DNA of 64,000 nt from Bacillota bacterium (GTDB lineage: Bacteria > Bacillota > Clostridia > Peptostreptococcales > Anaerovoracaceae), in assembly GCA_030525285.1 (NCBI GenBank), contig JAUNFA010000004.1:50928-114927 (forward strand). Direction: 5' to 3'. The notes under the pieces are model-generated. The model saw only the letters and a list, made by a program, of their open reading frames with translations. It was not told the origin of the DNA and made no database searches. The stretch's first letter is position 1. Every line of letters starts with the position of its first letter. Positions 37,088 to 47,421 of this stretch are shown here, piece by piece. A program made the position numbers and the translations under genes.

Positions 37088-37265
37088 CCGCTTCCGGCAA
37101 TTCCATGCCCAGAATATCGATAATTGCATCCTTGTATTCCGCCTTTTCGAGAGCTGCTTTCCAAATGCTGTCACTTCCCTCAACCGAAATCTCTCCTGAA
37201 CGAACCTTGTATGCCAGAAATTCTGCGATTTCCTTTATTATTACTCTCTTTTCCTTCATATCCAT
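37056..37265 (-). CDS. small hypothetical protein (69 aa)
   Basis: GAGAGG SD 7 nt upstream of the ATG. Lies 40 nt downstream of the CDF transporter gene. I recognise no motif. Confidence 0.45.
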   Translation of the reverse strand: MDMKEKRVIIKEIAEFLAYKVRSGEISVEGSDSIWKAALEKAEYKDAIIDILGMELPEAETLKRIQRLG

Positions 37266-37305
37266 GTCAGTACCTCTCGAATATTACTCAACTCATGTTG
37301 CTCGG

Positions 37306-38145
37306 CTATTTCACCGGATTCACATGTATCATTATATGCTTGACCTCAGGGAATTCCTTTTCTATCTGGTCGTGAAGTTTCTCTGCAATTGAATGAGCCT
37401 CATATAGGGACATTCTGCCGTCAAGAGCAATCTCCGCATCCACATATGTACGATTCCCGAATTTCCTGGTCTTGAGCATGTCAAGCTTCGCATTCTTTAA
37501 TATAAAATCTCTGATATCCTCTTCATTATCCGCTCTCGAGTCGGTCATACGCGATGTCGCATCCTTATATACACCGTAACCTGCAATCAGGATGAATATG
37601 CATATTACAACTGATGCTACAGAGTCCAGGAAAGGATATCCGTGCTGTGCTCCCAAGATACCTATAAGTGCTCCCACCGAAGAAAAAGCGTCAGTTCTGT
37701 GATGCCACGCGTCAGCCATCAGAGCCGGTGAGCCAAGTTTCTTGCCTACAACTCTGGTGTACCAGTACATGCATTCCTTAACTACAATTGATACAATCGC
37801 CATTATGAGCGCAATATTTTCAGGGGAAGAATAGTTTCCCATGACAAGGCTTCTCACACCGCTGTATCCGATACAGAGGCCTGTTCCCACAAGTGCTCCT
37901 GCAAGGAGCAGGGCCGCCATGCATTCCATTCTTTCATGACCGTACTGATGATCTATATCCGCTTCCTTTTCGGATGTCTTGAGTCCCACAATAACGATTA
38001 TGGAACTAAATACGTCTGATGCCGAATGTACCGCGTCTGAAATCATTGCCGATGAGTGTCCCAGAACTCCCGCCAGGAATTTTCCTGCTGAAAGCAGTAG
38101 GTTAATCACTATACTGAAAATTGTTATCTTGATTCCCTTGTTCAT
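37306..38145 (-). CDS. cation diffusion facilitator family transporter
   Basis: Six TM segments with the HSASD / HHRTD metal-site motifs, plus a C-terminal cytoplasmic domain. Confidence 0.85.
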   Translation of the reverse strand: MNKGIKITIFSIVINLLLSAGKFLAGVLGHSSAMISDAVHSASDVFSSIIVIVGLKTSEKEADIDHQYGHERMECMAALLLAGALVGTGLCIGYSGVRSLVMGNYSSPENIALIMAIVSIVVKECMYWYTRVVGKKLGSPALMADAWHHRTDAFSSVGALIGILGAQHGYPFLDSVASVVICIFILIAGYGVYKDATSRMTDSRADNEEDIRDFILKNAKLDMLKTRKFGNRTYVDAEIALDGRMSLYEAHSIAEKLHDQIEKEFPEVKHIMIHVNPVK

Positions 38146-38236
38146 AATTTCTCCTAATTTCTCACCACTTGATTATATCACCTATTCTCAATCGAATAAA
38201 CCAAAACTAAATTCCTAAGTGATGTTTTCATTTATG

Positions 38237-38262
38237 AAAAAACCCGAAGCATTTGCTCCGGG
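38237..38262 (-). terminator. Rho-independent terminator after tRNA-Leu
   Basis: Minus strand: CCCGGAGC-aaatg-CTTCGGG followed by TTTTTT. Confidence 0.7.
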
Positions 38263-38268
38263 TTTTCT

Positions 38269-38355
38269 TGGTGCGGATAAAGGGATTCGAACCCCCATGA
38301 AGTAACCTTCACACGGACCTGAACCGTGCGCGTCTGCCAATTCCGCCATATCCGC
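38269..38355 (-). tRNA. tRNA-Leu (anticodon CAG), with encoded CCA
   Basis: Hand-folded cloverleaf. Acceptor stem GCGGATA/TATCCGC, anticodon stem CACGG/CCGTG with loop TTCAGGT, long variable arm TGAAG-gtta-CTTCA, T-loop TTCGAAT, 3' ACCA. Confidence 0.9.
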
Positions 38356-38376
38356 ACAATTGAATTGCGACTTTTT

Positions 38377-38404
38377 TATTATACAACTTTCGCAAATAAT
38401 TGCA
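38377..38404 (-). promoter_or_regulatory. candidate tRNA-Leu promoter
   Basis: Minus strand: TTGCAA (38404-38399), 16 nt, TATAAT (38382-38377). Confidence 0.5.
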
Positions 38405-38455
38405 ATAGTTTTTTGCATTTTTAGCAAAACATTTGGCAAAATATATATTATTAAC

Positions 38456-38812
38456 ATTGTGGGCAACACATAAGCCGGGTTCTGTATTTGACAATCATCT
38501 ATCTCGACCTGATGTTGCCACCAGGCTCTAGCGACCTACCTACCGGGCAGCGACGAGCCGCCGCCTTCAGCGCCCTATCTTGGTCTTGCTCCGGATGGGG
38601 TTTACACGAGACCCATGTTACCATGCATCCCTGTGAGCTCTTACCTCACAATTTCAACCTTACCACGGCATTACCCGTTTCGGCGGAATGTTTCTGTTGC
38701 ACTTTCCCTATAGTTACCTACGCCGGACGTTATCCGGCATCCTCGCTCTATGGAGCCCGGACTTTCCTCACACAGCCCGAAGCTGCGCGCGATTGTCTGT
38801 TTTACCCACAAC
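38456..38812 (-). ncRNA. rnpB: RNase P RNA, bacterial type A
   Basis: Minus strand contains GAGGAAAGTCCGGGCTCCATAGAGC, AGTGCAACAGAAACATTCCGCC, GGTAAGAGCTCACA, CCGGAGCAAGACCAAGATAGGG and AGATAGATGATTGTCAAATACAGAACCCGGCTTAT. These are colinear with the E. coli M1 RNA architecture. P1 pairs GTTGTGGGTAA with TTGCCCACAAT. Confidence 0.95.
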
Positions 38813-38819
38813 GTTATTA

Positions 38820-38848
38820 TTTATAACACAACTTGATTGGTTTGTAAA
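38820..38848 (-). promoter_or_regulatory. candidate rnpB promoter embedded in the last codons of the Nif3-family gene
   Basis: Minus strand: TTTACA (38848-38843), 17 nt, TATAAA (38825-38820), 7 nt, then the rnpB 5' end. Confidence 0.45.
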
Positions 38849-39678
38849 TGATTAAAAGGGTCCAGATCGATTTCACTCGCCACAATGTCCACCCTTTTGT
38901 CTACCATTTTTTCCAACTGAATTTTTATCACTGCAGGGAAAATTTTCTCAGTTCCATAATGTCCCCCATCAATTATACAAAGTCCCATGTCTTTGGCATC
39001 CTGGGCCTGATGATATTTGAGATCACCGGTAATAAATGCATCGCAGCCCTGAGCACGTACTGCACCTGCGAATTCAGCTCCAGCTCCCGTGCATATTCCT
39101 ATTTTGATGATTTCTGTATCCAAATCTCCCACAACGCGTATCATTGACGGTTCCAGTCCCAGTCCTTCACATACAAAATCAATAACCTGAGAGAATCTGA
39201 GTTTTCTCTTTAGTTTGCCCATTCTGCCGATATGCATCTCCGATGGATTCTTCACCATTTCGTCTGCTGTAAGCACAGGCTCTCCGTCCAGAGTTGTGAT
39301 GTCTTTAAGCTCCATAATTCCTGCCAACGCATCGTTATTGCCGCCGGGTGCCTTGTCAAAAGGTGTATGGCACGAATATACCGATATTCCGTGTCTTATG
39401 AGTCTTATAATCGCCGCTCCCTGGGGAGTGTCTGCACTGAGATTTGAAATGCCGCCGAAGATAAGGGGATGATGGCTTATTATCATCTCTACTCCCTTGC
39501 CAATTGCCTCCTCAACTACCTCTGTATTTATTTCGAGACATGTGAGGATTCTGCTCACCTGTCTTTCTTTAAACCCGATAATAAGACCGCTGTTGTCCCA
39601 GTCCTCCTGTAATTCTCTTGGGGCAATTGTCTCTATCATTTCAACTATGTTATTGACTGTCGTTACTTTTTCTTTCAT
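38821..39678 (-). CDS. Nif3-like dinuclear metal center protein (YqfO family)
   Basis: NIF3 motifs (ISHHPLIF, CHTPFD, GGHYGTE) with an inserted PII-like domain. Start set at ATG 39678, with GGGGGAGGAAAAA upstream. Confidence 0.85.
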   Translation of the reverse strand: MKEKVTTVNNIVEMIETIAPRELQEDWDNSGLIIGFKERQVSRILTCLEINTEVVEEAIGKGVEMIISHHPLIFGGISNLSADTPQGAAIIRLIRHGISVYSCHTPFDKAPGGNNDALAGIMELKDITTLDGEPVLTADEMVKNPSEMHIGRMGKLKRKLRFSQVIDFVCEGLGLEPSMIRVVGDLDTEIIKIGICTGAGAEFAGAVRAQGCDAFITGDLKYHQAQDAKDMGLCIIDGGHYGTEKIFPAVIKIQLEKMVDKRVDIVASEIDLDPFNHLQTNQVVL

Positions 39679-39694
39679 TTTTTCCTCCCCCTTT

Positions 39695-40423
39695 CTAAGG
39701 CTCACATGATTCGAGAAGTTCTGCCAGATACTTGATTTCGGTCTGCTTCTCTCTGATTCTTGCTTCGTCTTTTATCTTCGCTGACATAAGTCCTTCAAGG
39801 GTATTTCTTTCACGTCTCATTACCCTTCTGACATGTTCTCCTATAGGACCACCTCCCCGAATTATCCATCTTGGGATCTCATAATACAGTTCTCCATCAC
39901 CTGAAACTCCCGCAGCTGACAAATCTTCCATTCCGTCAAGGGGTCTGCCCGGCGGCACAGCTGTTATTATCTGCGGCACAAATTTGCCTTCATAGACCAC
40001 ATCCTCGGCAACAATTCTGTAGCCGTTATCCATAAGCCACTTCCTGAGTTCTCCCGAAGCTGTTCTAGGCTGCATCACAATTCTTTTGAGGCTCTCACTC
40101 ACACTTCTGCCCCCATCAAGAATCTCTGCAATCAGCGTACCTCCCATTCCTGCTATTACAACACCTTCAACCTCTCCGGGTTCAAGCACATCAAGTCCGT
40201 CTCCCACCCTCATTTCACAGGCGGTAATCCCCCTCTCTTCGCAAAGCTGTCTCGCTTTTTCGAGTGATGGCTGGCTTATATCCGCTGCAACAGCTCTTTC
40301 ACACCGACCGCTTTCTATCATATATGCAGGCAAAAAACCATGGTCGGTTCCAATATCGGCCATGGTTTTGCAATTGTCCATTCTGTCAGCGATTATCCGG
40401 AGTCTTTCACTCAATTTAATCAT
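39695..40423 (-). CDS. trmK: tRNA (adenine(22)-N(1))-methyltransferase
   Basis: SAM motif ADIGTDHGFLP. Conserved position between sigA and nif3. Confidence 0.85.
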   Translation of the reverse strand: MIKLSERLRIIADRMDNCKTMADIGTDHGFLPAYMIESGRCERAVAADISQPSLEKARQLCEERGITACEMRVGDGLDVLEPGEVEGVVIAGMGGTLIAEILDGGRSVSESLKRIVMQPRTASGELRKWLMDNGYRIVAEDVVYEGKFVPQIITAVPPGRPLDGMEDLSAAGVSGDGELYYEIPRWIIRGGGPIGEHVRRVMRRERNTLEGLMSAKIKDEARIREKQTEIKYLAELLESCEP

Positions 40424-40438
40424 CGCATTCCTCGTTTT

Positions 40439-41662
40439 CTATTCCAGATAGTCCTTCAGTTTCTTGCTTCTGGTAGGATGTCTCAGCTTCCTCAGTGCCT
40501 TAGCTTCTATCTGTCTTATTCTCTCTCTTGTTACATCAAAAGTTTTGCCGACTTCCTCAAGGGTTCGTGCTCTGCCGTCTTCCATACCGAATCTCAGCTT
40601 GAGAACCTTCTGCTCTCTTTCCGTCAGAGTTCCCATTACATCTGAAAGTTGCTCCTGCAGAAGGCTGAAAGCCGCTGCCTCGGCCGGTGCCAGAGCTTCG
40701 TCATCTGGAATGAAGTCACCCAGATGACTATCTTCCTCTTCACCTATTGGTGTTTCAAGGGACACCGGTTCCTGTGCAACCTTGAGGATTTCTCTTACCT
40801 TGTCCACTGTAATTCCCATTTCTTCAGCGATTTCGTCAGGGGAAGGTTCTCTGCCGTTCTCCTGAAGAAGCTGGCGTGACACTCTTATCAGCTTGTTTAT
40901 GGTTTCTACCATATGTACCGGAATTCTAATTGTCCTTGCCTGGTCGGCTATGGATCTTGTAATGGCCTGACGAATCCACCATGTGGCATAGGTGGAAAAT
41001 TTGTATCCCTTAGTATAATCGAATTTGTCGACTGCCTTAATAAGACCCAGGTTTCCCTCCTGAATCAGGTCGAGAAGGTGCATTCCTCTTCCCACGTATT
41101 TCTTCGCAATGCTGACAACCAGCCTCAGATTAGCTTCGCACAGCTTTTGCTTGGCAATTTCTCCATCGGGGCCGCCAGCCTCCATTCTTCTGGCCAGCTC
41201 CACCTCTTCTTCGGCCGTAAGAAGAGGAACCTTACCGATTTCCTTAAGATACATTCTGACCGGATCGTCTACAGCTACTGTCTTGGCTACTGTAGCTTCA
41301 AGATCAATTTCTTTTTTGCCGGGGTTCTTTTCGATTTCAGCACGAACATCCGGATCCTCCTCAGCCTCAACTTCGATTTCTTCAAGGTCATTGGCATTAG
41401 GTTCATCATCCGAATCTTCCATATGTATTTCTATTCCTGCAGTATTAAGCTCATCGTAGATTTCATCAAGCTGTACCTTATCAATATCGATCTCACCGAT
41501 TTCTTCAGCGATGTCAACATAGGTCACCTTCTTATTGCTCTTTATCTTCTCCTGCAGGTCCTTCAGAATTTTTTCTTTTAATTCTTTTACAGAAACGACT
41601 TCATTTGCTTCCTTTGAATTTGATTTTTTTTCGGAAGTCATTGTAATTTTTTCTTTTGGCAT
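40439..41662 (-). CDS. rpoD: RNA polymerase sigma factor RpoD/SigA
   Basis: Regions 1.2 through 4.2 are present, including [12 protein letters not shown] and [18 protein letters not shown]. Confidence 0.95.
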   Translation of the reverse strand: MPKEKITMTSEKKSNSKEANEVVSVKELKEKILKDLQEKIKSNKKVTYVDIAEEIGEIDIDKVQLDEIYDELNTAGIEIHMEDSDDEPNANDLEEIEVEAEEDPDVRAEIEKNPGKKEIDLEATVAKTVAVDDPVRMYLKEIGKVPLLTAEEEVELARRMEAGGPDGEIAKQKLCEANLRLVVSIAKKYVGRGMHLLDLIQEGNLGLIKAVDKFDYTKGYKFSTYATWWIRQAITRSIADQARTIRIPVHMVETINKLIRVSRQLLQENGREPSPDEIAEEMGITVDKVREILKVAQEPVSLETPIGEEEDSHLGDFIPDDEALAPAEAAAFSLLQEQLSDVMGTLTEREQKVLKLRFGMEDGRARTLEEVGKTFDVTRERIRQIEAKALRKLRHPTRSKKLKDYLE

Positions 41663-41675
41663 AAAACTAACCCCA

Positions 41676-43439
41676 CTAAAAAAGTTTTAATTTTCGCTGC
41701 AACTCCTTAATCTTATTCATAATTTCAAAGATTTCTTCTTGGTTTTCTTCTTCATCTGCCAACGAAAGACTGTCACGCAACAATCTTTCTTCCCCTTCTA
41801 GTCGTTCTTTTTCCTTTTGTCTCATGCACTCCGAAAACATTCTGTCCTCATTACCATTCGGCACGATTCGACTTTGTACATGTCTCAAAGCGTCTATTTG
41901 TTCTCCTTCCATCATATCTGCTAGTATCACCATATCAATTGTTCCGGTATCCTTATCCAGCCTACATATCCCTTCAAAAATGCTCTTCGCCATCTCTGAA
42001 TCGAAGGGACTTACCTCTGCCTCTCTTATGGCACGCACATATTTTTCTTCGAGTATCGCCAGCTTGAGAAGATCCGCTTCAGTCTCACTCATTGTCACTT
42101 TCTTCGCAGCTTCTTTGTTATGAGATCTGTAATTTGTGGCAACTCCCGGCTCTCTGGTAATATTATATTCATTTCTCACAGCTGCCTCGGATATTCCATA
42201 ATCCATAGCCAGCTTCTTGATGTAAATGTCCGCTTCAACAGGCTTCATTTTTCGCAGAATGCCCACACATTCATCGATAAACTGCACCCTTTGCTGATTG
42301 TCTTTCAAGTCGTAGGATGATGCCACCCTACGTATTTTGAAATCTCCGTAAGCCTCCGCATTGTCAGCCAGTTCCAGGAAAGCTTCCCTGCCATTGGCCT
42401 TGACGAATTCATCCGGGTCCTTGCCCTGGCTTACCTTCATTACCTTGGCTATAAGTCCTTCACTATAGAGAATGTCTATTCCTCTGTCCGCCGCCTTCTG
42501 TCCTGCATTGTCAGCGTCATATGAAAGAATTACATTCCCCGTGTAACGCTTGATCAGTCGTGCCTGGTTCTCTGTCAGGGCTGTTCCAAGGGATGCCGAC
42601 ACATTCCTTATACCTGACTGATACAGAGAAACCACGTCCATCTGTCCCTCCACCAGAATTATTCTGTCCTGATTTCTGACCTCCTTGACAGCCATATTCA
42701 GTCCATACAGATTGTTCTTTTTTAAAAATATGCCGGACTCTCTGGAGTTAAGGTATTTAGGTTCGCCGTCGCCTATTATTCTGCCGCTGAATCCGATAAT
42801 CTTGCCGCCTGTGTTCATAATCGGGAATATGACCCTGTTCCTGAACTTATCGTAATACCTTCCGGTCTTCTCTGACTTGGCAATGAGACCAAGTTCCAGC
42901 AGCTTTTTGGGGGCAAATCCCATGGACGTCAGGTGATTGTAAAGTTCCTGCCAACTATCCTGTGCATATCCGATGCCGAACTTGTTGAGAACGTCGTTGG
43001 ATATGCCTCGCTTCTGCATGTATTCGTATCCGGGGTTCGCTTCGCTTCTCAGTTTCCTGTACCAGAATCTCGCCGCCTGTCTGTTAATCTCATAAAGCTC
43101 ATCTTTGTCCTTGTTCCCTCTGAAAGTACCTTCAAGGCTTATGCCATATTCTTCTGCCAGACTCTCGGCAGCTCCCATAAAGTCGACATTGCGATAGCGC
43201 TTGACGAACTCTATTACATCTCCTGATGCACCACAGCCGAAGCATGTGAAAATCTGCTTCTGTTCAGATACCACAAAAGAAGGTGTCTTTTCGTTATGGA
43301 AGGGACAGATTCCCTTAAAATTGGATCCCGCTTTCTTTAGCGGCACTACCCTTCCTATTACATCAACGATATTGCACCTGCTTTTTATTTCATCAACTAT
43401 GTTGTTCTGATTGTAACTGCTCACCCTGTCACCTTTCAC
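41676..43439 (-). CDS. dnaG: DNA primase
   Basis: Zinc-binding [11 protein letters not shown]...CFGCG, TOPRIM EGQMDV and [11 protein letters not shown]. Confidence 0.93.
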   Translation of the reverse strand: MKGDRVSSYNQNNIVDEIKSRCNIVDVIGRVVPLKKAGSNFKGICPFHNEKTPSFVVSEQKQIFTCFGCGASGDVIEFVKRYRNVDFMGAAESLAEEYGISLEGTFRGNKDKDELYEINRQAARFWYRKLRSEANPGYEYMQKRGISNDVLNKFGIGYAQDSWQELYNHLTSMGFAPKKLLELGLIAKSEKTGRYYDKFRNRVIFPIMNTGGKIIGFSGRIIGDGEPKYLNSRESGIFLKKNNLYGLNMAVKEVRNQDRIILVEGQMDVVSLYQSGIRNVSASLGTALTENQARLIKRYTGNVILSYDADNAGQKAADRGIDILYSEGLIAKVMKVSQGKDPDEFVKANGREAFLELADNAEAYGDFKIRRVASSYDLKDNQQRVQFIDECVGILRKMKPVEADIYIKKLAMDYGISEAAVRNEYNITREPGVATNYRSHNKEAAKKVTMSETEADLLKLAILEEKYVRAIREAEVSPFDSEMAKSIFEGICRLDKDTGTIDMVILADMMEGEQIDALRHVQSRIVPNGNEDRMFSECMRQKEKERLEGEERLLRDSLSLADEEENQEEIFEIMNKIKELQRKLKLF

Positions 43440-43500
43440 TGTTTGTCTCTGTAATATTCATATACGACACAAAAGCCGCATTTTCTTTTTTTAAATTCCA

Positions 43501-44496
43501 TTAACGCAATAATTTTTCATAGGTTGTCATGGCGAATCTGTCAGTCATTCCTGCGACATAATCCTTCGCCAGCTCTGCAGCTCCGAATTCATCTATCATT
43601 CTGTAATATTCCTCTGGCAGCTTATTCGGATTACTGCAGAAGTAATCATAAAGAAATTCGATTATGACTTCCACCTTATTTAAATCTTCCACTCTTTTGA
43701 CATCTCTGTTCATGTAGACGTTACGAAACATGAAACTTCGCAGCTCATCAATTGCCTGACTTTTTTCTTCGGTAAGTCCTGCCTCCGACTTGTCCCAGCT
43801 GTTTGCAATCATGTCGTTTACCAGTGTATCTATTCTCTCTTTGTGGCTGTTGCCGAGAATCTCAATGCATTCTCCCGGCAGGTCTGCAGCACTTATTATT
43901 CCGCTTCTTATGGCGTCATCAATGTCGTGGTTGATATATGCAATTCTGTCGCTTATGCGGACAATCTGTCCTTCTACGGTCACTGGAACTGTCGAACCTG
44001 TATGATTTCGTATGCCGTCTCTTACCTCAAAAGTAAGATTCATTCCTCTTCTGTTGCTGCCGCTCTCAAGTAAGTCAACAACACGCAGACTCTGCAGGTT
44101 GTGTTTGAAACCGCCGGGATGAATTCTGTTAAGGATAGCTTCTCCACTGTGTCCAAAGGGTGTATGTCCCAGGTCGTGACCCATTGCGATGGCCTCCGTC
44201 AAATCTTCGTTAACCCCCAGTCCTCTTGCAATGGTTCTTGCTATCTGGCTCACCTCAATGGTGTGGGTCAGTCTTGTTCTATAATGATCCCCCTCAGGAG
44301 AAATGAATACCTGTGTCTTGTGCATGAGTCGCCTGAAGGACTTGGAGTGAATGATTCTGTCCCTGTCCCTCTGAAAATCGGTTCTTATGCGACACTTCTC
44401 CTCTTCTACAGCTCTACCTACTGATTCATCGGCCTTCATTCCGTGTCTGTTCAGAATTTCATGTTCTCTTTTTTCCTGCAGTTCTCTGGTTATCAT
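43501..44496 (-). CDS. dgt: deoxyguanosinetriphosphate triphosphohydrolase-like HD-domain protein
   Basis: RTRLTHTIEVSQIAR ... GHDLGHTPFGH motif set. Confidence 0.85.
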   Translation of the reverse strand: MITRELQEKREHEILNRHGMKADESVGRAVEEEKCRIRTDFQRDRDRIIHSKSFRRLMHKTQVFISPEGDHYRTRLTHTIEVSQIARTIARGLGVNEDLTEAIAMGHDLGHTPFGHSGEAILNRIHPGGFKHNLQSLRVVDLLESGSNRRGMNLTFEVRDGIRNHTGSTVPVTVEGQIVRISDRIAYINHDIDDAIRSGIISAADLPGECIEILGNSHKERIDTLVNDMIANSWDKSEAGLTEEKSQAIDELRSFMFRNVYMNRDVKRVEDLNKVEVIIEFLYDYFCSNPNKLPEEYYRMIDEFGAAELAKDYVAGMTDRFAMTTYEKLLR

Positions 44497-44502
44497 TAAT
44501 TT

Positions 44503-44931
44503 CTATACTCCCGTATGTCCGAATCCGCCTTGTCCTCTCTCTGTTTCTGACAGCTCCTCTGCTGCCTGAATTTCTGCCTTAACATATTGAGCTACAACCA
44601 TCTGAGCGATTCTATCTCCATTCTCGATTATGAATTCTTCCTCTCCCCAATTGATAAGTGGTACCTTTACTTCACCTCTGTAATCGCTGTCAATGGTTCC
44701 GATACCGTTAACAAGTCCGATACCTTTCTTGATTGCCAGACCGCTGCGTGCCCTGATCTGAACCTCGAATCCCTCTGGAATTTCCATAAACATGCCCGTA
44801 GGCACCAGTGCTCTGTGTCCTGGCGCAATTGTCATCGGCTCATCAATGTATGCTCTTATATCCATACCTGCAGCTCCTGCCGTCTCGTATTGGGGCAGGA
44901 TGCCTGAAAGTGTTTTTATTTTAATTTTCAT
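44503..44931 (-). CDS. dut: dUTP diphosphatase
   Basis: Motifs [21 protein letters not shown] and [10 protein letters not shown]. Confidence 0.92.
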   Translation of the reverse strand: MKIKIKTLSGILPQYETAGAAGMDIRAYIDEPMTIAPGHRALVPTGMFMEIPEGFEVQIRARSGLAIKKGIGLVNGIGTIDSDYRGEVKVPLINWGEEEFIIENGDRIAQMVVAQYVKAEIQAAEELSETERGQGGFGHTGV

Positions 44932-44960
44932 TTATTGTCCTCTCTGTCATTACTGATTGC

Positions 44961-45482
44961 TTATTCGACTGTTCTTACTTTATCATATCGCAAGTCGTCA
45001 ATATTGGTCTCAGGTTTATTTTCTGCCGGCATTCCTATAGAGAGTATGGCTTCAAGCCTATGTCCTTCGGGGATTCCAACAAGCTCTGCCAGATATTCTT
45101 CTGTACTCCTTCCGTCCTCTGCTGTGCGGAGTCTTCCCTGAATCCAGCAGCTTCCTACTCCTAGACTTTCAGCCATAAGGTGCATGTTTGACATTACTAT
45201 AGAGCAATCTTCAATCCACACATCGCAGACCTCAGGGTCGGCTGTAACCATAATACATGCATCAGCTCCTGCCAGCATATTGGCACCACCAGTCCTGCAT
45301 CCGGGCATTGCCCTGAGAATTTCCTTATTTGTAATCACAGTAAGCTGCCATGGCCTTAAGCTTCTCGATGATGCACTCAGAAGTCCTGCCTGTATGATTT
45401 TTTCGAGATTTTCTCTGCTGACCTTTTCTCCTGTATATTTCCTTATGCTGTGTCTTTTTTTCAAAACATCAAATAATGCCAT
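44961..45482 (-). CDS. nitroreductase family protein
   Basis: N-terminal KKRHSIRKY motif, with length and fold pattern typical of nitroreductases. Confidence 0.75.
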   Translation of the reverse strand: MALFDVLKKRHSIRKYTGEKVSRENLEKIIQAGLLSASSRSLRPWQLTVITNKEILRAMPGCRTGGANMLAGADACIMVTADPEVCDVWIEDCSIVMSNMHLMAESLGVGSCWIQGRLRTAEDGRSTEEYLAELVGIPEGHRLEAILSIGMPAENKPETNIDDLRYDKVRTVE

Positions 45483-45614
45483 GTCTTCCTCCCGAATTTA
45501 TTCTACATATTGTGTGTTTCTGTTTTTATCATGCTATCATTATACATTATTTACTTTCAAAATGATATGTAATTGAGTATAATAACATTAACATGGCAAT
45601 AAGGGGGGTACCAT

Positions 45615-46262
45615 ATGAAGACAAACAAATCCAAAGCTGCTGTATTTTTTATTATAATTGCAGCATTGTTTCTGATATACGGCATCTATGCAGTAGGTAA
45701 TGCCGTACAATATATCGATACCTATACAACTTCAGCAACAAATAGCCTGATTGGCAAAGTTCATTATATAATAACCTCTTCCATGGCTTATTTCGGTTTT
45801 GCAGCTGTTCTGGTCATTGCATCCCTCATATTGAACAATCAAGCCAAAATAATCAGCACCGGCATGTCATATGCAGAGAAGGCAGAGATGAAATCTGTCG
45901 CAGGTTCCGGCAATACGGTTAAATCCATCAATTCTGCGTCCGTTGCACCTGTTGTCAGCACTTCAACAGCTGTAAAGAGTGAAGATGTCCATGAAGATGA
46001 TGAGGACATACACGAAATGCCGGCAACTTCAGGAGCGGTCAAATACGTACCTGATGAGCCTGTCGAAACACCGGCGTCACCTTCTGTTTCTGAACCGAAG
46101 CCAGTTGCTGCGAAACCAATCGCAAAGCAAGCTGAAGTTCAGCCGGAACCGGTAATCACAGAACCGGTCAGAAAACCAGTCAAATATCCTGACACAGTAC
46201 CCCTTCCGGAGGCACTTACAGCCGCCATCGAACGGGATTTCAAGAAACTGCTCATTGGATAA
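45615..46262 (+). CDS. hypothetical membrane protein with a Pro/Val/Glu-rich C-terminal region
   Basis: Two predicted TM helices are followed by low-complexity sequence. GGGGGG SD-like tract upstream. Confidence 0.5.
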   Translation: MKTNKSKAAVFFIIIAALFLIYGIYAVGNAVQYIDTYTTSATNSLIGKVHYIITSSMAYFGFAAVLVIASLILNNQAKIISTGMSYAEKAEMKSVAGSGNTVKSINSASVAPVVSTSTAVKSEDVHEDDEDIHEMPATSGAVKYVPDEPVETPASPSVSEPKPVAAKPIAKQAEVQPEPVITEPVRKPVKYPDTVPLPEALTAAIERDFKKLLIG

Positions 46263-46282
46263 ACAGAATATCGATAATAGCA

Positions 46283-46330
46283 ATGCAGCTGCCTGACCCT
46301 TCGGCCTGACAGCTGCATATTTTTATTTTA
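46283..46330 (+). terminator. Rho-independent terminator
   Basis: ATGCAGCTG ... CAGCTGCAT stem followed by a T-rich run. Confidence 0.7.
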
Positions 46331-46349
46331 TTTACATATGTTTCTTTAA

Positions 46350-47264
46350 CTATTTTTCAGAATCATTATCCTGACTATCTGCATTGTTTACATTGTCTGC
46401 ATTACCTGCAGCAGCTGCATTGGTTTCTACCTCACCGATAAGTTCTTCAACCGGTACCGGTTCTGTTGACTTAATCAGATGTCCTGCCAGAATTTCATAA
46501 AATCCTGCTCTGGTAGAATACATATATGCAACAACCGGAATTATGAAAAGTCCGCTGATTATTGATGTAATTGCGCTTCCAATTCCGTCAAGAGCAAGCA
46601 TGTCACCTATTGCAACAACAATTGTTGAAGGAATCATTGTAAGCAGAATCCATCCAATAAAGGAAATCATAAGACAGAAGAATTTCATCTTGTTGCCCTG
46701 CATCATTGCCTTACTCTCATTCATGCACTGTCTAATGTCTTTCTCAGGGTCATCTGCCAGAATAAAGAATGCCTGACTGTATCTGATTGCCGCTATAATT
46801 CCCGGAATTATGAAAAGCAATGACCAAAGAACAATGAATATTCCCTGGAAAATAAATAGGCCAACTGCTTTGCCAAACTTCTCGAAACCTAGGAAGATAT
46901 CGCTTACCTGAACAATCTGTCTTCTGAACATTGCCAGGAAGAATAGGGACATGCCCAGATAAAGCGGTCCATCTACCAGTAACATATAAACGGAACTGAT
47001 AGGACAAACTGTCGGCATCATTGAATAATACAGGGAATAAGTGGCTGCATCCATATTCATATAATTGCCGTTACCCATTACATCTATAAAGTTGACACCA
47101 AACAATGCGTTTAAAACTGCAGGAACAACACTTGCAAGCAGTGTATATACTAACACCGCCGCAATAGCTACCCCCCAGTTGCCTGAAAGTGCATTACGTC
47201 CCAGCAATCTGATATTCTTGCTTGATTCCGCAATCACAATATTTCTTCCACTAAAATTAACCAT
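46350..47264 (-). CDS. DUF975 family integral membrane protein
   Basis: N-terminal LLGRNALSGNWGVAIAAVLVYTLL pattern, multiple TM helices, and a low-complexity acidic tail. Confidence 0.6.
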   Translation of the reverse strand: MVNFSGRNIVIAESSKNIRLLGRNALSGNWGVAIAAVLVYTLLASVVPAVLNALFGVNFIDVMGNGNYMNMDAATYSLYYSMMPTVCPISSVYMLLVDGPLYLGMSLFFLAMFRRQIVQVSDIFLGFEKFGKAVGLFIFQGIFIVLWSLLFIIPGIIAAIRYSQAFFILADDPEKDIRQCMNESKAMMQGNKMKFFCLMISFIGWILLTMIPSTIVVAIGDMLALDGIGSAITSIISGLFIIPVVAYMYSTRAGFYEILAGHLIKSTEPVPVEELIGEVETNAAAAGNADNVNNADSQDNDSEK

Positions 47265-47421
47265 TAAATTACCTCACTTAATATAATATTACAAAATAAT
47301 TCCTACACTGTTACTATATAATATAACTTGCAATGTCCTTTTTCAAGGGTTTATAATGCGTTTTGAGGTACTCTTGTTCCTCTCTGAATTATAACAGAAT
47401 CACACTGGAAAGGCATGTCAT

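Noticed and set aside
38488-38826. 112-aa plus-strand ORF
   Set aside because: It is the antisense strand of the RNase P RNA gene. The high GC content and structure of rnpB explain the open frame.
40913-41581. 222-aa plus-strand ORF inside rpoD
   Set aside because: Antisense shadow ORF of sigA.
45561-45573. The 13-mer AATGATATGTAAT occurs in the spacer of the predicted promoter at 45555-45585 and again, on the minus strand at 62996-63008, in the spacer of the rplU promoter
   Set aside because: A single shared AT-rich 13-mer is expected by chance many times in a window of this size. There is no palindromic character and no third copy, so I do not treat it as an operator.
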